Below, in pieces: positions 1-8,333 of a stretch of 43,881 bases of DNA. The notes beneath the pieces were generated by a model. That model did no database searches and was not told where the DNA came from. It saw nothing but the letters and a program-made list of their open reading frames with translations. Within the stretch, counting starts at the first letter, position 1, and each line of letters starts with the position of its first letter. Made by a program: the position numbers and the translations under genes. Where the stretch lies: contig DATFFQ010000039.1 in the NCBI GenBank assembly GCA_035249955.1, positions 1 through 43,881 of the forward strand, in the 5' to 3' direction. The stretch comes from Gemmatimonadaceae bacterium. Lineage in GTDB: Bacteria; Gemmatimonadota; Gemmatimonadetes; Gemmatimonadales; Gemmatimonadaceae.

Positions 1-1218
1 CTCTGCCTGGAGCGCGAGGCGCTCGACGATCGCCGCGTGCATCTCGGGCGCGAAGAACTCCCAGCGCGCGCGACCACCGGTCTTGGCGGCATACATCGCG
101 ACGTCGGCGTTGCGCAACAGCTCCTCCGCGCCCGCCGCATCGCTCGCCTTGGCGATGCCGACGCTCGCCTGGACCTTCACGCTCCTCCCCTCGACGTGCA
201 CCGGTGCGCGCAACGCGGCGACGATGCGCTCGGCGACGACGGCGGCATCCCAGTCCTCGCGCACGTTCTCGAGCAGCACGGCGAACTCGTCGCCGCCCAG
301 CCGCGCCACGGTGTCGCAGCCGCGCGTGGCATTGAGCAGGCGCGAGGCCACGCTCTCGAGCAGCCGGTCGCCGGCACGGTGACCGAGGCTGTCGTTCACG
401 ATCTTGAAGTCGTCCAGATCGAGGAACAGGACGGCGATGCGCTCCGGCTGACGGCGGGCACGCTCGAGCGCGTGCTCCACGCGGTCGCGGAAGAGTGCGC
501 GATTGGCGAGACCGGTGAGCGGATCGTGGAAGGCCTGGTGCGCGAGCTCGGCCTCGCTGGCGCGCAGCGCCTCGCGGACCCGGCGCAACGTGCGCTCGTT
601 GCGCGCGGTGGCGTACGTGCCCACCCACCCCGCGGCGCCGAGCATGAGGAGCTTGAGCGCCTCATCGAGCAGCGACATCCCGCCTAACGACTGCCCGGAG
701 AGGTCACCGGCGTGCACATCCACGAGATCGGTGGCGAGGAAGAGCACGTCGAGCGCGCCATACTGGAGCACGGCCGCCGTCGATGCAATGAACGCGTGCT
801 TGGCGGCGGTGGTGAAGGGGCGCGCGCCCAGGATGATGAGGTACGCCACCCACATGGGCGAGTGGATGGCGAATTCGGGCCGGCCCACCAGGCCGTAGCC
901 GAGCAAGAGCGCCGTCACCGCGGTGACGTCGACCGTCGCGTTGAGCGTGGACAGCCACGGCTTGTACTCGGCCTTGCGGTGCACCAGCACGTGCTGCGCG
1001 ATCGTCCACACGGCCAGCGGAATGAGCACCGCGAGGTGGACACGCGTCAGCTCGGCGGGCAGGCGCACGGCGTACAGGCCGCCGATCGTCGCCAGCAGCG
1101 CCAGGACCCCGGCCCGAACGGTGTTCATCTGCCGCTCGGCCTGCGAGTGCTCCAGGCGGAGGACGGCCTCCGTGTCGTGCTGATCCGACGCGTTCATCCG
1201 GCCAACCTGGGATGTCAT
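1..1218 (-). CDS. Diguanylate cyclase (GGDEF domain) with N-terminal multi-TM membrane sensor region. The C-terminus is cut by the window edge and there is no stop codon in the window, which is why it is absent from the ORF track.
   Basis: Minus-strand translation reads MTSQVGRMNASDQHD..., then about five hydrophobic helices, then ...LTGLANRALFRDRVEHALERARRQPERIAVLFLDLDDFKIVNDSLGHRAGDRLLESVASRLLNATRGCDTVARLGGDEFAVLLE... The RLGGDEF signature and DxLT motif are unmistakable. The + ORF 37..687 is its mirror image. Confidence 0.85.
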   Translation of the reverse strand, partial: MTSQVGRMNASDQHDTEAVLRLEHSQAERQMNTVRAGVLALLATIGGLYAVRLPAELTRVHLAVLIPLAVWTIAQHVLVHRKAEYKPWLSTLNATVDVTAVTALLLGYGLVGRPEFAIHSPMWVAYLIILGARPFTTAAKHAFIASTAAVLQYGALDVLFLATDLVDVHAGDLSGQSLGGMSLLDEALKLLMLGAAGWVGTYATARNERTLRRVREALRASEAELAHQAFHDPLTGLANRALFRDRVEHALERARRQPERIAVLFLDLDDFKIVNDSLGHRAGDRLLESVASRLLNATRGCDTVARLGGDEFAVLLENVREDWDAAVVAERIVAALRAPVHVEGRSVKVQASVGIAKASDAAGAEELLRNADVAMYAAKTGGRARWEFFAPEMHAAIVERLALQAE

Positions 1219-1327
1219 GGAGGGTGAAGTCGGTTCCCGAGAGATGTCTCAGGCTTCTGACTGGTTGCGGATGGCGGTCGTCACGGACGGACGACGGGCG
1301 GCCAACCGGGAGTGGCGGCCGGCAGGG

Positions 1328-1549
1328 TCAGTCTAGGGTCTGCGGATCACCGCGTGAGAGGTGGGAGCGCAGGTTGTGCTCGTCCAGCCGATGCTGACTC
1401 TCGAACTCCTCGTCGCACGTGCGGCATCGGTACTGGGTGGCGGGCGCGGCGTGATTGGTGTGTGCGTGCGCGAGGTGCGAGCGCAGCTTGGCGTGTGACA
1501 ACACCGGGATCCGGCAGATCGGGCACCTGGCGGGCCAGTCTTCATCCAT
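1328..1549 (-). CDS. Small protein with two classical C2H2 zinc-finger motifs. The start is uncertain; an alternative GTG start at 1645 gives 105 aa.
   Basis: Translation reads MDEDWPARCPICRIPVLSHAKLRSHLAHAH...YRCRTCDEEFESQHRLDEHNLRSH. It carries two C-x2-C-x12-H-x4-H units. There is no strong SD for either start. It lies 110 nt upstream of, and co-oriented with, the GGDEF gene. Confidence 0.5.
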   Translation of the reverse strand: MDEDWPARCPICRIPVLSHAKLRSHLAHAHTNHAAPATQYRCRTCDEEFESQHRLDEHNLRSHLSRGDPQTLD

Positions 1550-1924
1550 GATGCATCTATACCAACTCGCAGCGACCAGCGCGCTCTTCTGCGCGTACCA
1601 TGATGGCGGAGGGGCCACACCCCTCGCATGAACCACAGCCCCCACCGCACACCGCGAGCCAGTTCGCCGCGTCGACGCTGGGACTCGTGGACGGCGACTG
1701 CCTGATCACGCTTCCTCCACCCGTGGAGTGCAGGGAAGATACGCCTTGTCGTCCGCGATGAGGAGTCCACGCCGTCGGCGTAGCAAGGTCCACGCCGCAC
1801 CGGAATTCGCCGGCACGCTTGCCTTCACCGCCACCGCGCGTCAGGTTGAACGTTCCGTTCGCGCCTGGCACACAGCGCGACGTGAGCGCTTTCGCCTCGT
1901 GTAACCACCTCCGAGATCGACGCA

Positions 1925-2404
1925 ATGACCCGCTCCTGGAAACCGCTCGCCCTCGTCGGCGTCGTCGCCGCGCTTGGTGCCACACTCACCGCCTCTTCGT
2001 GGCGCCCCGCCGAAGCCGACAGCCCGCTCGCGGCGGCCACTTCGATCACCGTGTACAAGGATCCCAGCTGCGGATGCTGCTCGCGGTGGGTGACGCACCT
2101 GCGTGAGGCAGGTTTCACCGTGGTGGCACGCGACACCTCGGCGATGGATGCCGTCAAGGCGAAGCATGGCGTCACGTCCGAGCTCGCGTCGTGCCACACG
2201 GCGGTCGTGGATGGCTACGTGATCGAAGGGCACGTTCCCGCCGCCGACATTCAGCGCCTCCTCGAGCAGAAGCCGCCGGTAGCAGGGCTCGCCGTGCCGG
2301 GGATGCCCATGGGCTCGCCCGGCATGGAGGGTCCGCGGACCGACGCCTACGACGTGCTGTCCTTCGACCGGCAAGGGCGCACGAAGGTGTTCTCCTCGCA
2401 CTAG
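1925..2404 (+). CDS. DUF411 family periplasmic metal-binding protein (signal peptide; CGCC motif as in copper-resistance-associated DUF411 proteins).
   Basis: The N-terminus MTRSWKPLALVGVVAALGA has signal-peptide character. ITVYKDPSCGCCSRWVTHLREAGF and the GMPMGSPGME C-terminal region are typical of DUF411. Confidence 0.75.
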   Translation: MTRSWKPLALVGVVAALGATLTASSWRPAEADSPLAAATSITVYKDPSCGCCSRWVTHLREAGFTVVARDTSAMDAVKAKHGVTSELASCHTAVVDGYVIEGHVPAADIQRLLEQKPPVAGLAVPGMPMGSPGMEGPRTDAYDVLSFDRQGRTKVFSSH

Positions 2405-2478
2405 GCGGCGAGCGCCGGGAAGCGCGGACACGCGTCGAGGGGAAGCGCGCGGGTGGCCAGCGCTCCGATCGCCTGAGC

Positions 2479-4215
2479 GTGGAGAACGGGCAGGCCACAC
2501 GCGCGGCGGACGCCGTCTACGCGGCGTTCGACCAGTATCATCGCCGTTTCCGTGAGATCACCGGGCGGGCAGCGATGCACTTCGCGGCGCGCGAATGGCG
2601 GGCCGCTCAACGCGATGCCGCCGCTCGTCTGGCGCTCTACAAAGCGCACGTGGATCAGGCCGTCGCCGTCGTGCGGCAGGTGCTGGGCGCCGCGACGACC
2701 GATCCAAACGGCTGGGCGGACATGCGGAACCGGTACGCCGAGCTGATCCGGGCCCGGGATGACTCGGAGCTCGCGGAGACGTTCTTCAACTCGATCACGC
2801 GACGGGTCTTCACCACCGTCGGCGTCGATCCGCGGATCGAGTTCGTGAGTCCCGGGGGGCGCGAGCACGACGCGGCGACCGCCGCGAGCGGATACGAGTG
2901 GTTTTCAGCGTCAGGCAGTGCGCAGATCGTGGCCCAGCGGATTCTCGAGAGTGTCTCGCTTGGCGCGCCGTACGCCGACCTCGAGGGCGATGCGCGCCGC
3001 CTGGCGCGCGTGATCGGCGATCGCATGGGAACGCTGTGGGGGCGCGAGGCCACCGACGGCGTCGATCTCGTGCCGTGGGTGTTCTACCGGAACAAGGGCG
3101 CGTATCTGGTCGGACGGATGCGTCGTGGGCGAGGAATCGTTCCGCTGGTCATCGCGCTGATGAACACGCCCGAGGGTGTGATCGTGGACGCGGCGCTCAC
3201 GACCTCGGACGAAGCGTCGATCGTGTTCGGGTTCTCCTGGTCGTATTTCCACGTGAACACCCCGTGGCCGCGGGCGCTGGTAGAGTTCCTGCGGTCGATC
3301 ATGCCCCTCAAGCGCACGGACGAGCTGTACACGGCGATCGGCTACAACAAGCACGGGAAAACCGAGCTGTATCGCAGCATCCTCGACCATCTGCACCACC
3401 CGGAGGCGCGCTTCGAGGAGGCGGAGGGAACGCGCGGTCTCGTCATGGCGGTGTTCACGCTTCCGTCGCTCAACGTGGTCTTCAAGATCATCCGCGATAC
3501 GTTTGGACCGCCGAAGAAGACCACGCGCCGGGAGGTGATCGACCGGTACCACTTCGTTTTCGTGCGCGACCGGGTCGGCCGGCTGGCCGACGTGCAGGAG
3601 TTCGAGCATCTGGAGTTCCCGCGCAGCTGCTTCCCCGACGAGCTGCTGCGGGAGCTGCTGGACGTGGCGCCGAGCTCCGTGCGCGTGGAGGGAGAGCGGG
3701 TCATCGTGACCCACGTGTACACGGAGCGCCGTCTCACGCCCCTCAACGTGTACCTCACGACCGCCCGTGAGGATGACGCCCGCGACGTGATCGTCGACTA
3801 CGGGAACGCGATCAAGGACCTCGCGCACGCCGACATCTTCACCGGCGACATGCTGCTCAAGAACTTCGGAGTGAGCCGGCACGGCCGAGTGATCTTCTAC
3901 GACTACGACGAGCTGTCCACGCTGAGCGCGTGCAACTTCCGCGAGCTACCGCAGAGTGGGAGCGTGGAGGAGGAGCTCGCCCCGGAACCATGGTTCTCCG
4001 TGCAGGAGCACGACGTCTTTCCGCAGGAGTTCCTGCCCTTCCTGGTCCCCGAGGGCCCGCTGCGCGCGGCGTTCCTGGAGGCGCACGCCGACCTGCTCGA
4101 CGTGCGGTGGTGGGAGTCGGTGCAGGAACGACTCGCCCGCGGAGAGCTGTTCGATGTCTTTCCGTATCACGAGCGCCGGCGCCTGAGGCCGGCGGAGGCT
4201 GACGCCGCTCGATGA
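2479..4215 (+). CDS. aceK: Isocitrate dehydrogenase kinase/phosphatase (AceK).
   Basis: Collinear with E. coli AceK along the whole length: FDQYHRRF..., SIVFGFSWSYF, LPSLNVVFKIIRD, HVYTERR, GDMLLKNFGVSRHGRVIFYDYDE, SEPWF, AHADLL. A GTG start at 2479 in the 2191 ORF frame gives 578 aa, the same length as the E. coli protein. The long N-terminal extension of the tabulated ORF is an alternative-start artefact. Confidence 0.85.
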   Translation: MENGQATRAADAVYAAFDQYHRRFREITGRAAMHFAAREWRAAQRDAAARLALYKAHVDQAVAVVRQVLGAATTDPNGWADMRNRYAELIRARDDSELAETFFNSITRRVFTTVGVDPRIEFVSPGGREHDAATAASGYEWFSASGSAQIVAQRILESVSLGAPYADLEGDARRLARVIGDRMGTLWGREATDGVDLVPWVFYRNKGAYLVGRMRRGRGIVPLVIALMNTPEGVIVDAALTTSDEASIVFGFSWSYFHVNTPWPRALVEFLRSIMPLKRTDELYTAIGYNKHGKTELYRSILDHLHHPEARFEEAEGTRGLVMAVFTLPSLNVVFKIIRDTFGPPKKTTRREVIDRYHFVFVRDRVGRLADVQEFEHLEFPRSCFPDELLRELLDVAPSSVRVEGERVIVTHVYTERRLTPLNVYLTTAREDDARDVIVDYGNAIKDLAHADIFTGDMLLKNFGVSRHGRVIFYDYDELSTLSACNFRELPQSGSVEEELAPEPWFSVQEHDVFPQEFLPFLVPEGPLRAAFLEAHADLLDVRWWESVQERLARGELFDVFPYHERRRLRPAEADAAR

Positions 4216-4922
4216 TGATCGCCGTGGCGGGAATGGTGGGTTCGGGGAAGAGTACGCTCGCTCGCGCGCTCGCCACCCGCTTCGGGCTCAATCTCGCCCT
4301 CGAGAGCGTGGACGACGACAATCCGTGGCTGCCGCTCTTCTACGCCGATCCGGACAATCGGAAGCGCTACGCGCTGCATCTCCAGCTGCACTTCCTCGCC
4401 ACGCGCTTCAGGAGCCTGCGGCAGATGCGAGGCCGGGGAGGGAGCTGGGTGCTCGATCGCACCTGGTACGAGGACGCCGAGGTGTTCGTGCGCGGGCTCG
4501 TGGAGCAAGGGCTGCTCGCGCCCCTGGAACATGGTCTGTACCACCGGCTCTACGCCGAGCTGCTGCACGCACCAGCGGCACGGCCGCCGCGGCTGCTCAT
4601 CTACCTGTACGGATCGCTCGACACGATCGTGCGACGCATCGAGACGCGGGGACGGCCGACGGAGCAGGGAGTGGAGCGTGAGTACTGGGCGCGGCTGCAC
4701 GCTCGCTATCGGGAGTGGATCCGCGAGTTCCGGCACTGCCCGGTGCTGTCCCTCGACGTCACCGAGTACGACATCGTGGGTGATCCGGACGCGATCGAGG
4801 AGATCGCTTCGCTGGTGAGGCTGCGCCTGGAGGGTGAGCTGCCGCAAACGGACCTGTGGCCGGCGACGCCGCGCCGGGCCCGCGGCTCGTGGCGGGAGCT
4901 TCCTTCCGGCCACGAGCCGTGA
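4212..4922 (+). CDS. Deoxynucleoside kinase family protein (dAdo/dGuo/dCyd kinase-like).
   Basis: P-loop VAGMVGSGKSTLA; the DNPWLPLFYADPDNRKRYALHLQLHFLATRF and DRTWYED...RLLIYLY...RIETRGRPTE pattern matches the dNK family. The start ATG overlaps the aceK stop (ATGA). Confidence 0.8.
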   Translation: MMIAVAGMVGSGKSTLARALATRFGLNLALESVDDDNPWLPLFYADPDNRKRYALHLQLHFLATRFRSLRQMRGRGGSWVLDRTWYEDAEVFVRGLVEQGLLAPLEHGLYHRLYAELLHAPAARPPRLLIYLYGSLDTIVRRIETRGRPTEQGVEREYWARLHARYREWIREFRHCPVLSLDVTEYDIVGDPDAIEEIASLVRLRLEGELPQTDLWPATPRRARGSWRELPSGHEP

Positions 4923-4931
4923 CGGCAAGGG

Positions 4932-5261
4932 TCAGGTGCGAGCCTTCCCGGTCAGCCGGTCCCAGCCATCTCGCACGGCATCCTTGATCTCCTCCCAGGC
5001 GGACCTGTTCTCGCCCCGATGCTCGTAGCGATCCCAGCCAGTGCGGAGCTCCGGCTCCACCTCATCGAACCGGCGGCCCTGGTACCGACCGGCGGACTCG
5101 TACCCGTAGCGATAGGCTGGCCGATAGAAGTCGAAGCCGCGGTCGGCCGATGCGTACGGTCTCGATGAGTAGTTCTCCCTCCACCAGGTTTCCTCCGACG
5201 CCCAGTCGCCGAGGTCCCGTCCGGTGGTACCACGGTTGAGCTCAGCATCACGGTTCGCCAT
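4932..5261 (-). CDS. Hypothetical W/Y/R-rich small protein.
   Basis: An internal ATG (MANRDAELNRG...) is preceded by AGGAG plus a 3-nt spacer on the minus strand. Composition is unusual but not low-complexity: WWRENY, YRYGYESAGRYQGRR, WEEIKDAVRDGWDRL. No recognised domain. Confidence 0.45.
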   Translation of the reverse strand: MANRDAELNRGTTGRDLGDWASEETWWRENYSSRPYASADRGFDFYRPAYRYGYESAGRYQGRRFDEVEPELRTGWDRYEHRGENRSAWEEIKDAVRDGWDRLTGKART

Positions 5262-5391
5262 GATCTCCTCCCTGTCGTATCGTCGAGCGGAGCAGCGGTT
5301 GCAATGCGCGCGCCACGAGGAGGAAATGCACACGGGCTGGCGGCGCGAAACTTCGGCTCGGCGACCGGCGTAGAGGAGGACAGGAGGTCTT

Positions 5392-5679
5392 ATGCTCGAA
5401 CTCATCGGGTTGGGAATCGCTGCCGTCGCGTCCGCGGGCGGCTACATCAACGCACGGCGCTTCGTCCGGGGCAAGCTGCGCTTCGTGGACGCCATCCAGA
5501 AGCGGCGCACGCCGTGGGTGGCAGGTGGACTGGCCGCCCTCGCGGCGGCGCCTCTCGCGGCCGTGCTGCCGCTCGTTGGAGGGGGCACGGCGATCGCGTT
5601 CGGCGTCGCCGTGGGGATGGGTACCGCCCATGGCGCCAAGGACGTGCGCCGGGTGAGCGGGGAGGTGTTCAGGGCGTGA
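5392..5679 (+). CDS. Small hydrophobic membrane protein (hypothetical).
   Basis: The ATG is preceded by a tandem AGGAGG/CAGGAGG SD. There are two glycine/alanine-rich hydrophobic stretches. Confidence 0.45.
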   Translation: MLELIGLGIAAVASAGGYINARRFVRGKLRFVDAIQKRRTPWVAGGLAALAAAPLAAVLPLVGGGTAIAFGVAVGMGTAHGAKDVRRVSGEVFRA

Positions 5680-5810
5680 GTCGCGCATTATAGTGTGAAG
5701 GGCCGCCGGCTGCGACGTGCTTGGCCGGCGAACTCGCGTGCGGCCACGTCCCCGAGCGAGGATCCGGCGGCGCACCTTCACACGGCGAGCCCGAGGCTCA
5801 CGAGGTCGTC

Positions 5811-6194
5811 ATGCGGCGGCGACTACTGCTCCTCTTCCTGCTGGTTGCTCCCCTCGCAGCGTGCGCCAGCACGCCCACGCCGGTGTCGCCCGAGAGCTCC
5901 AGCCACATCACCGCGGACGAGATCGCGAGTCTGAACGCGACTACCGCTTACCAGATCATTCAACGCACGCGCGCGGAGTTCCTGCACTCGCGCGGGCCTG
6001 TCACCATCCTGACCGGTGCGTCATCGTCACCGATCGTGTACGTGGACTACGTGCGCTACGGCAGCGTGTCGGCGCTGCGCGGCATCTCGGCGTCCGATGT
6101 GGCCGAGATCTGGTTCCTGAGCTCGCGCGACGCGACCACGAAGTACGGCATGGGGCACGCAGCCGGCGCGATCGAGGTGATCACCAAGCGATAG
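5811..6194 (+). CDS. Lipoprotein with a TonB-receptor plug-like domain.
   Basis: MRRRLLLLFLLVAPLAACAS is a lipobox signal. The C-terminal AEIWFLSSRDATTKYGMGHAAGAIEVITKR resembles plug-domain sequences, compare [29 protein letters not shown] in the SusC-like gene of this window. Confidence 0.55.
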   Translation: MRRRLLLLFLLVAPLAACASTPTPVSPESSSHITADEIASLNATTAYQIIQRTRAEFLHSRGPVTILTGASSSPIVYVDYVRYGSVSALRGISASDVAEIWFLSSRDATTKYGMGHAAGAIEVITKR

Positions 6195-6226
6195 CTCCCC
6201 GCCGTTCTCCGTTCCCAGAGGACATC

Positions 6227-7168
6227 GTGCAGATCCCTTCTTCCCCCCGCGGCACGATCCCCGATGAGCGACAGGCGCTCGAGGCCGGGATCCAGTACGA
6301 CAAGAGTGGGTTTCCGGACCGGGCGCTCGAGCAGCTTCGCCTGGCCGTGCGTCTGGCGCGCGACCCCAAGGTGGCCTCCGAGGCGTGGCGTCGTCAGGCA
6401 GGCGTGCATCGAACGCGGTGCGAGTGGGACCTCGCGCTCGCCGCGGCGCGTGAAGCAGCGCAGATCGCCCGGCGCATCGAGAACGCCGAGCTGCTCGCCG
6501 AGGCGATCAACCAGGAAGCGCTCGTATACCGGACGCAGGGCCGATTCGAGGAGGCGCGCCGGCTGCTCGAGCACGTGTTGACGCGGACGCGTGACGAGCG
6601 CGTGCGCGGCATCGCGCTCCAGAATCTGGGATCCATCGCCGCCGAGACGGGCGATCTGGACACTGCGGAGCGCCGCTTTCACGAATCGGCCGACGCATTC
6701 GAGCGCGCGGGGTACCGGCTCGGGATCGCGTACGCGTTGAACAACTCGGGCGCGGCGGCGCTGGAAAGCGGTCAAGTGGCGCGTGCCGAGGCCACGCTGG
6801 AGCAGGCCGTGCTCGCCGCGCAGGAGGTAGGGGACCTCGACCTCACCGCGCTGGCGACGATGAATTTCGCCGAGGCGCTCGCCGCCCGAGGTAACGTAGC
6901 GCGCGCCGAGGAGCTGGCCAGCGTGAGCCTTGGTTACTTCACGGTAGAAGGCAACACCTGGCGACGCATCGAGTGCCTGCGGCTCGTCGGGGACATCGCG
7001 TTGCGTCGCGGCCAGGACGACGCGGCGCACCGCTGCTTCGAGCAAGGTCTCCGACTGGCCGAGGAGATCGGCGCCACGCACGAGGCGACGATGCTCCGCG
7101 ACCGCATCACGCGGCCGGCGAGGCCGACGAATCACGTGCCGGATACGACTCGAGAGCTGAGGCCGTAG
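6227..7168 (+). CDS. TPR-repeat protein.
   Basis: Repeated A/L/E/R-rich 34-residue helical units, for example EARRLLEHVL, LDTAERRFHESADAFERAGYRLGIAYALNNSG, ARAEELASVSLGYF. A GTG start follows an AGGA with a short spacer, just after the upstream stop. There is no in-frame ATG near the N-terminus. Confidence 0.6.
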   Translation: MQIPSSPRGTIPDERQALEAGIQYDKSGFPDRALEQLRLAVRLARDPKVASEAWRRQAGVHRTRCEWDLALAAAREAAQIARRIENAELLAEAINQEALVYRTQGRFEEARRLLEHVLTRTRDERVRGIALQNLGSIAAETGDLDTAERRFHESADAFERAGYRLGIAYALNNSGAAALESGQVARAEATLEQAVLAAQEVGDLDLTALATMNFAEALAARGNVARAEELASVSLGYFTVEGNTWRRIECLRLVGDIALRRGQDDAAHRCFEQGLRLAEEIGATHEATMLRDRITRPARPTNHVPDTTRELRP

Positions 7169-7327
7169 CGTGGACAGAGTCCTTCAAGAGATGGCGAGAG
7201 TGGAGTGAGTGACAACGGCAAGGGTCAATGGCATGAAGTGCGGTGATGGGTCATCGCGCATCTCATCCCTTTTGCCTACGTCGTAGTCACTCCCTCCACT
7301 CGCAGCACCCCTCTCACCTGCCGGCGC

Positions 7328-7864
7328 TCATTGCGCGAGCGCGTACCTCGACAGGTGATCGGTGACGAAGACGGCGCGCCGTGCGACGCGGTCGTCTTCG
7401 GTGAGCATCGGCGCCACCGGCTGGAGGCTCTCGGTGTCCAAGAACCAGGCCGTCAGCGCCTGCTCCCCGAGCTCATCCACGTCACAGCTCGAGTAGTCGA
7501 GCGCGATCGTGACCGGCTGATCGAAGACGAAGTGCTCCTCGCCGATCGCCGCGATCTGGACGTCCATGTACCTCGATCGCGGCACCGATATCGCGAACAC
7601 CCGTGGCGACGCGAGCGCGCCCGCAGGAACGATCAGCGTCGCCGGGCCGGCGGTGAGCTCGCCGCCGTGCGGGCCGAGCAGCGCGAACGAGAGCGCGAAG
7701 ACCTTGGAGGGGCAGGTGACCAGGTTGACCGATCGCCCGGGGTTCGTCGTCGCGAAGACCGAGGCCGGGGTGCGCGAGCCGGGAGCGGTGGGCTCGCCGC
7801 ACGCGACGGCGATGGCCACCAGCGGCAACAGGAGCGTCGTCGCCCAGTTAGTACGTACCGTCAT
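7328..7864 (-). CDS. Hypothetical lipoprotein.
   Basis: MTVRTNWATTLLLPLVAIAVACGEP is a signal peptide with a lipobox. The rest is a soluble domain with no recognised family. Confidence 0.55.
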   Translation of the reverse strand: MTVRTNWATTLLLPLVAIAVACGEPTAPGSRTPASVFATTNPGRSVNLVTCPSKVFALSFALLGPHGGELTAGPATLIVPAGALASPRVFAISVPRSRYMDVQIAAIGEEHFVFDQPVTIALDYSSCDVDELGEQALTAWFLDTESLQPVAPMLTEDDRVARRAVFVTDHLSRYALAQ

Positions 7865-7984
7865 GTCATCTCTCTGCGCTGGAGACGCGGCGCGCGGTGC
7901 TCGCCAACGCGAACTGCGGCCTGGTTACGAGCGTGAATCGTCCGGCACCGTGCACCAAGCTCGGATGCGCACCATGACGGCGCG

Positions 7985-8000
7985 TGTGACGGGCATCACA
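7985..8000. promoter_or_regulatory. Perfect CRP/FNR-type palindrome TGTGA-CGGGCA-TCACA, in the divergent intergenic region between the lipoprotein gene and the susC-like gene.
   Basis: Read directly: gtgTGTGAcgggcaTCACAcc. It matches the canonical TGTGA-N6-TCACA architecture. Confidence 0.4.
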
Positions 8001-8333
8001 CCGTCAACTCCCGTTACAGCCCGGCAAACTGCAAGGCGACGACGTGTCGATCCGGACGCCGTCCTGATGGGTCATTGTGCGGCGGCGTCCCTGGATTAGT
8101 TTAGCGGAACACGCTCGACATGCCAACGAGGCGTCGTCGATGCCGAAGTCGCGATACCGGCAGCCCATCGCATGATGCACCGTCTGCTCCGTTTCCGTAG
8201 CACTGGCCGTCGCTCGCCCCGCAGCATCCCACCTGCTCCTTCATCACCACGACGTTGTTTCGCGCGCTCGCGGACGTCGTCCCGCGAGCTCGAACCAGCG
8301 CGCGCCGTGCTTTCATCCCTCAGGAGGTCGCCC

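Noticed and set aside
37-687. 216-aa + strand ORF at the window start
   Set aside because: It is the mirror image of the minus-strand GGDEF gene; the reverse complement reads RLGGDEF and related motifs. Its own translation is R/A/G-rich with no motifs.
2191-2478. Long N-terminal extension of the aceK ORF from alternative start codons
   Set aside because: The extension is R/A-rich low-complexity, overlaps the DUF411 gene, and E. coli-length AceK is obtained from GTG 2479.
2911-3882. 323-aa minus ORF (and 2898..3770 +) inside aceK
   Set aside because: Antisense or alternative-frame ORFs inside a strongly supported AceK CDS. Composition is R/H/V-rich, typical of GC-rich mirror frames.
6056-7135. 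359-aa minus ORF opposite the TPR gene
   Set aside because: Antisense to a periodic TPR-encoding frame. R/L/G-rich, no motifs.
8041-8079. Inverted repeat GGACGCCG...CGGCGTCC with a 21-nt loop in the susC upstream region
   Set aside because: Short GC-rich inverted repeats like this occur by chance in GC-rich DNA. There is no T-run and no second occurrence, so it is mentioned only as a possible minor structure.
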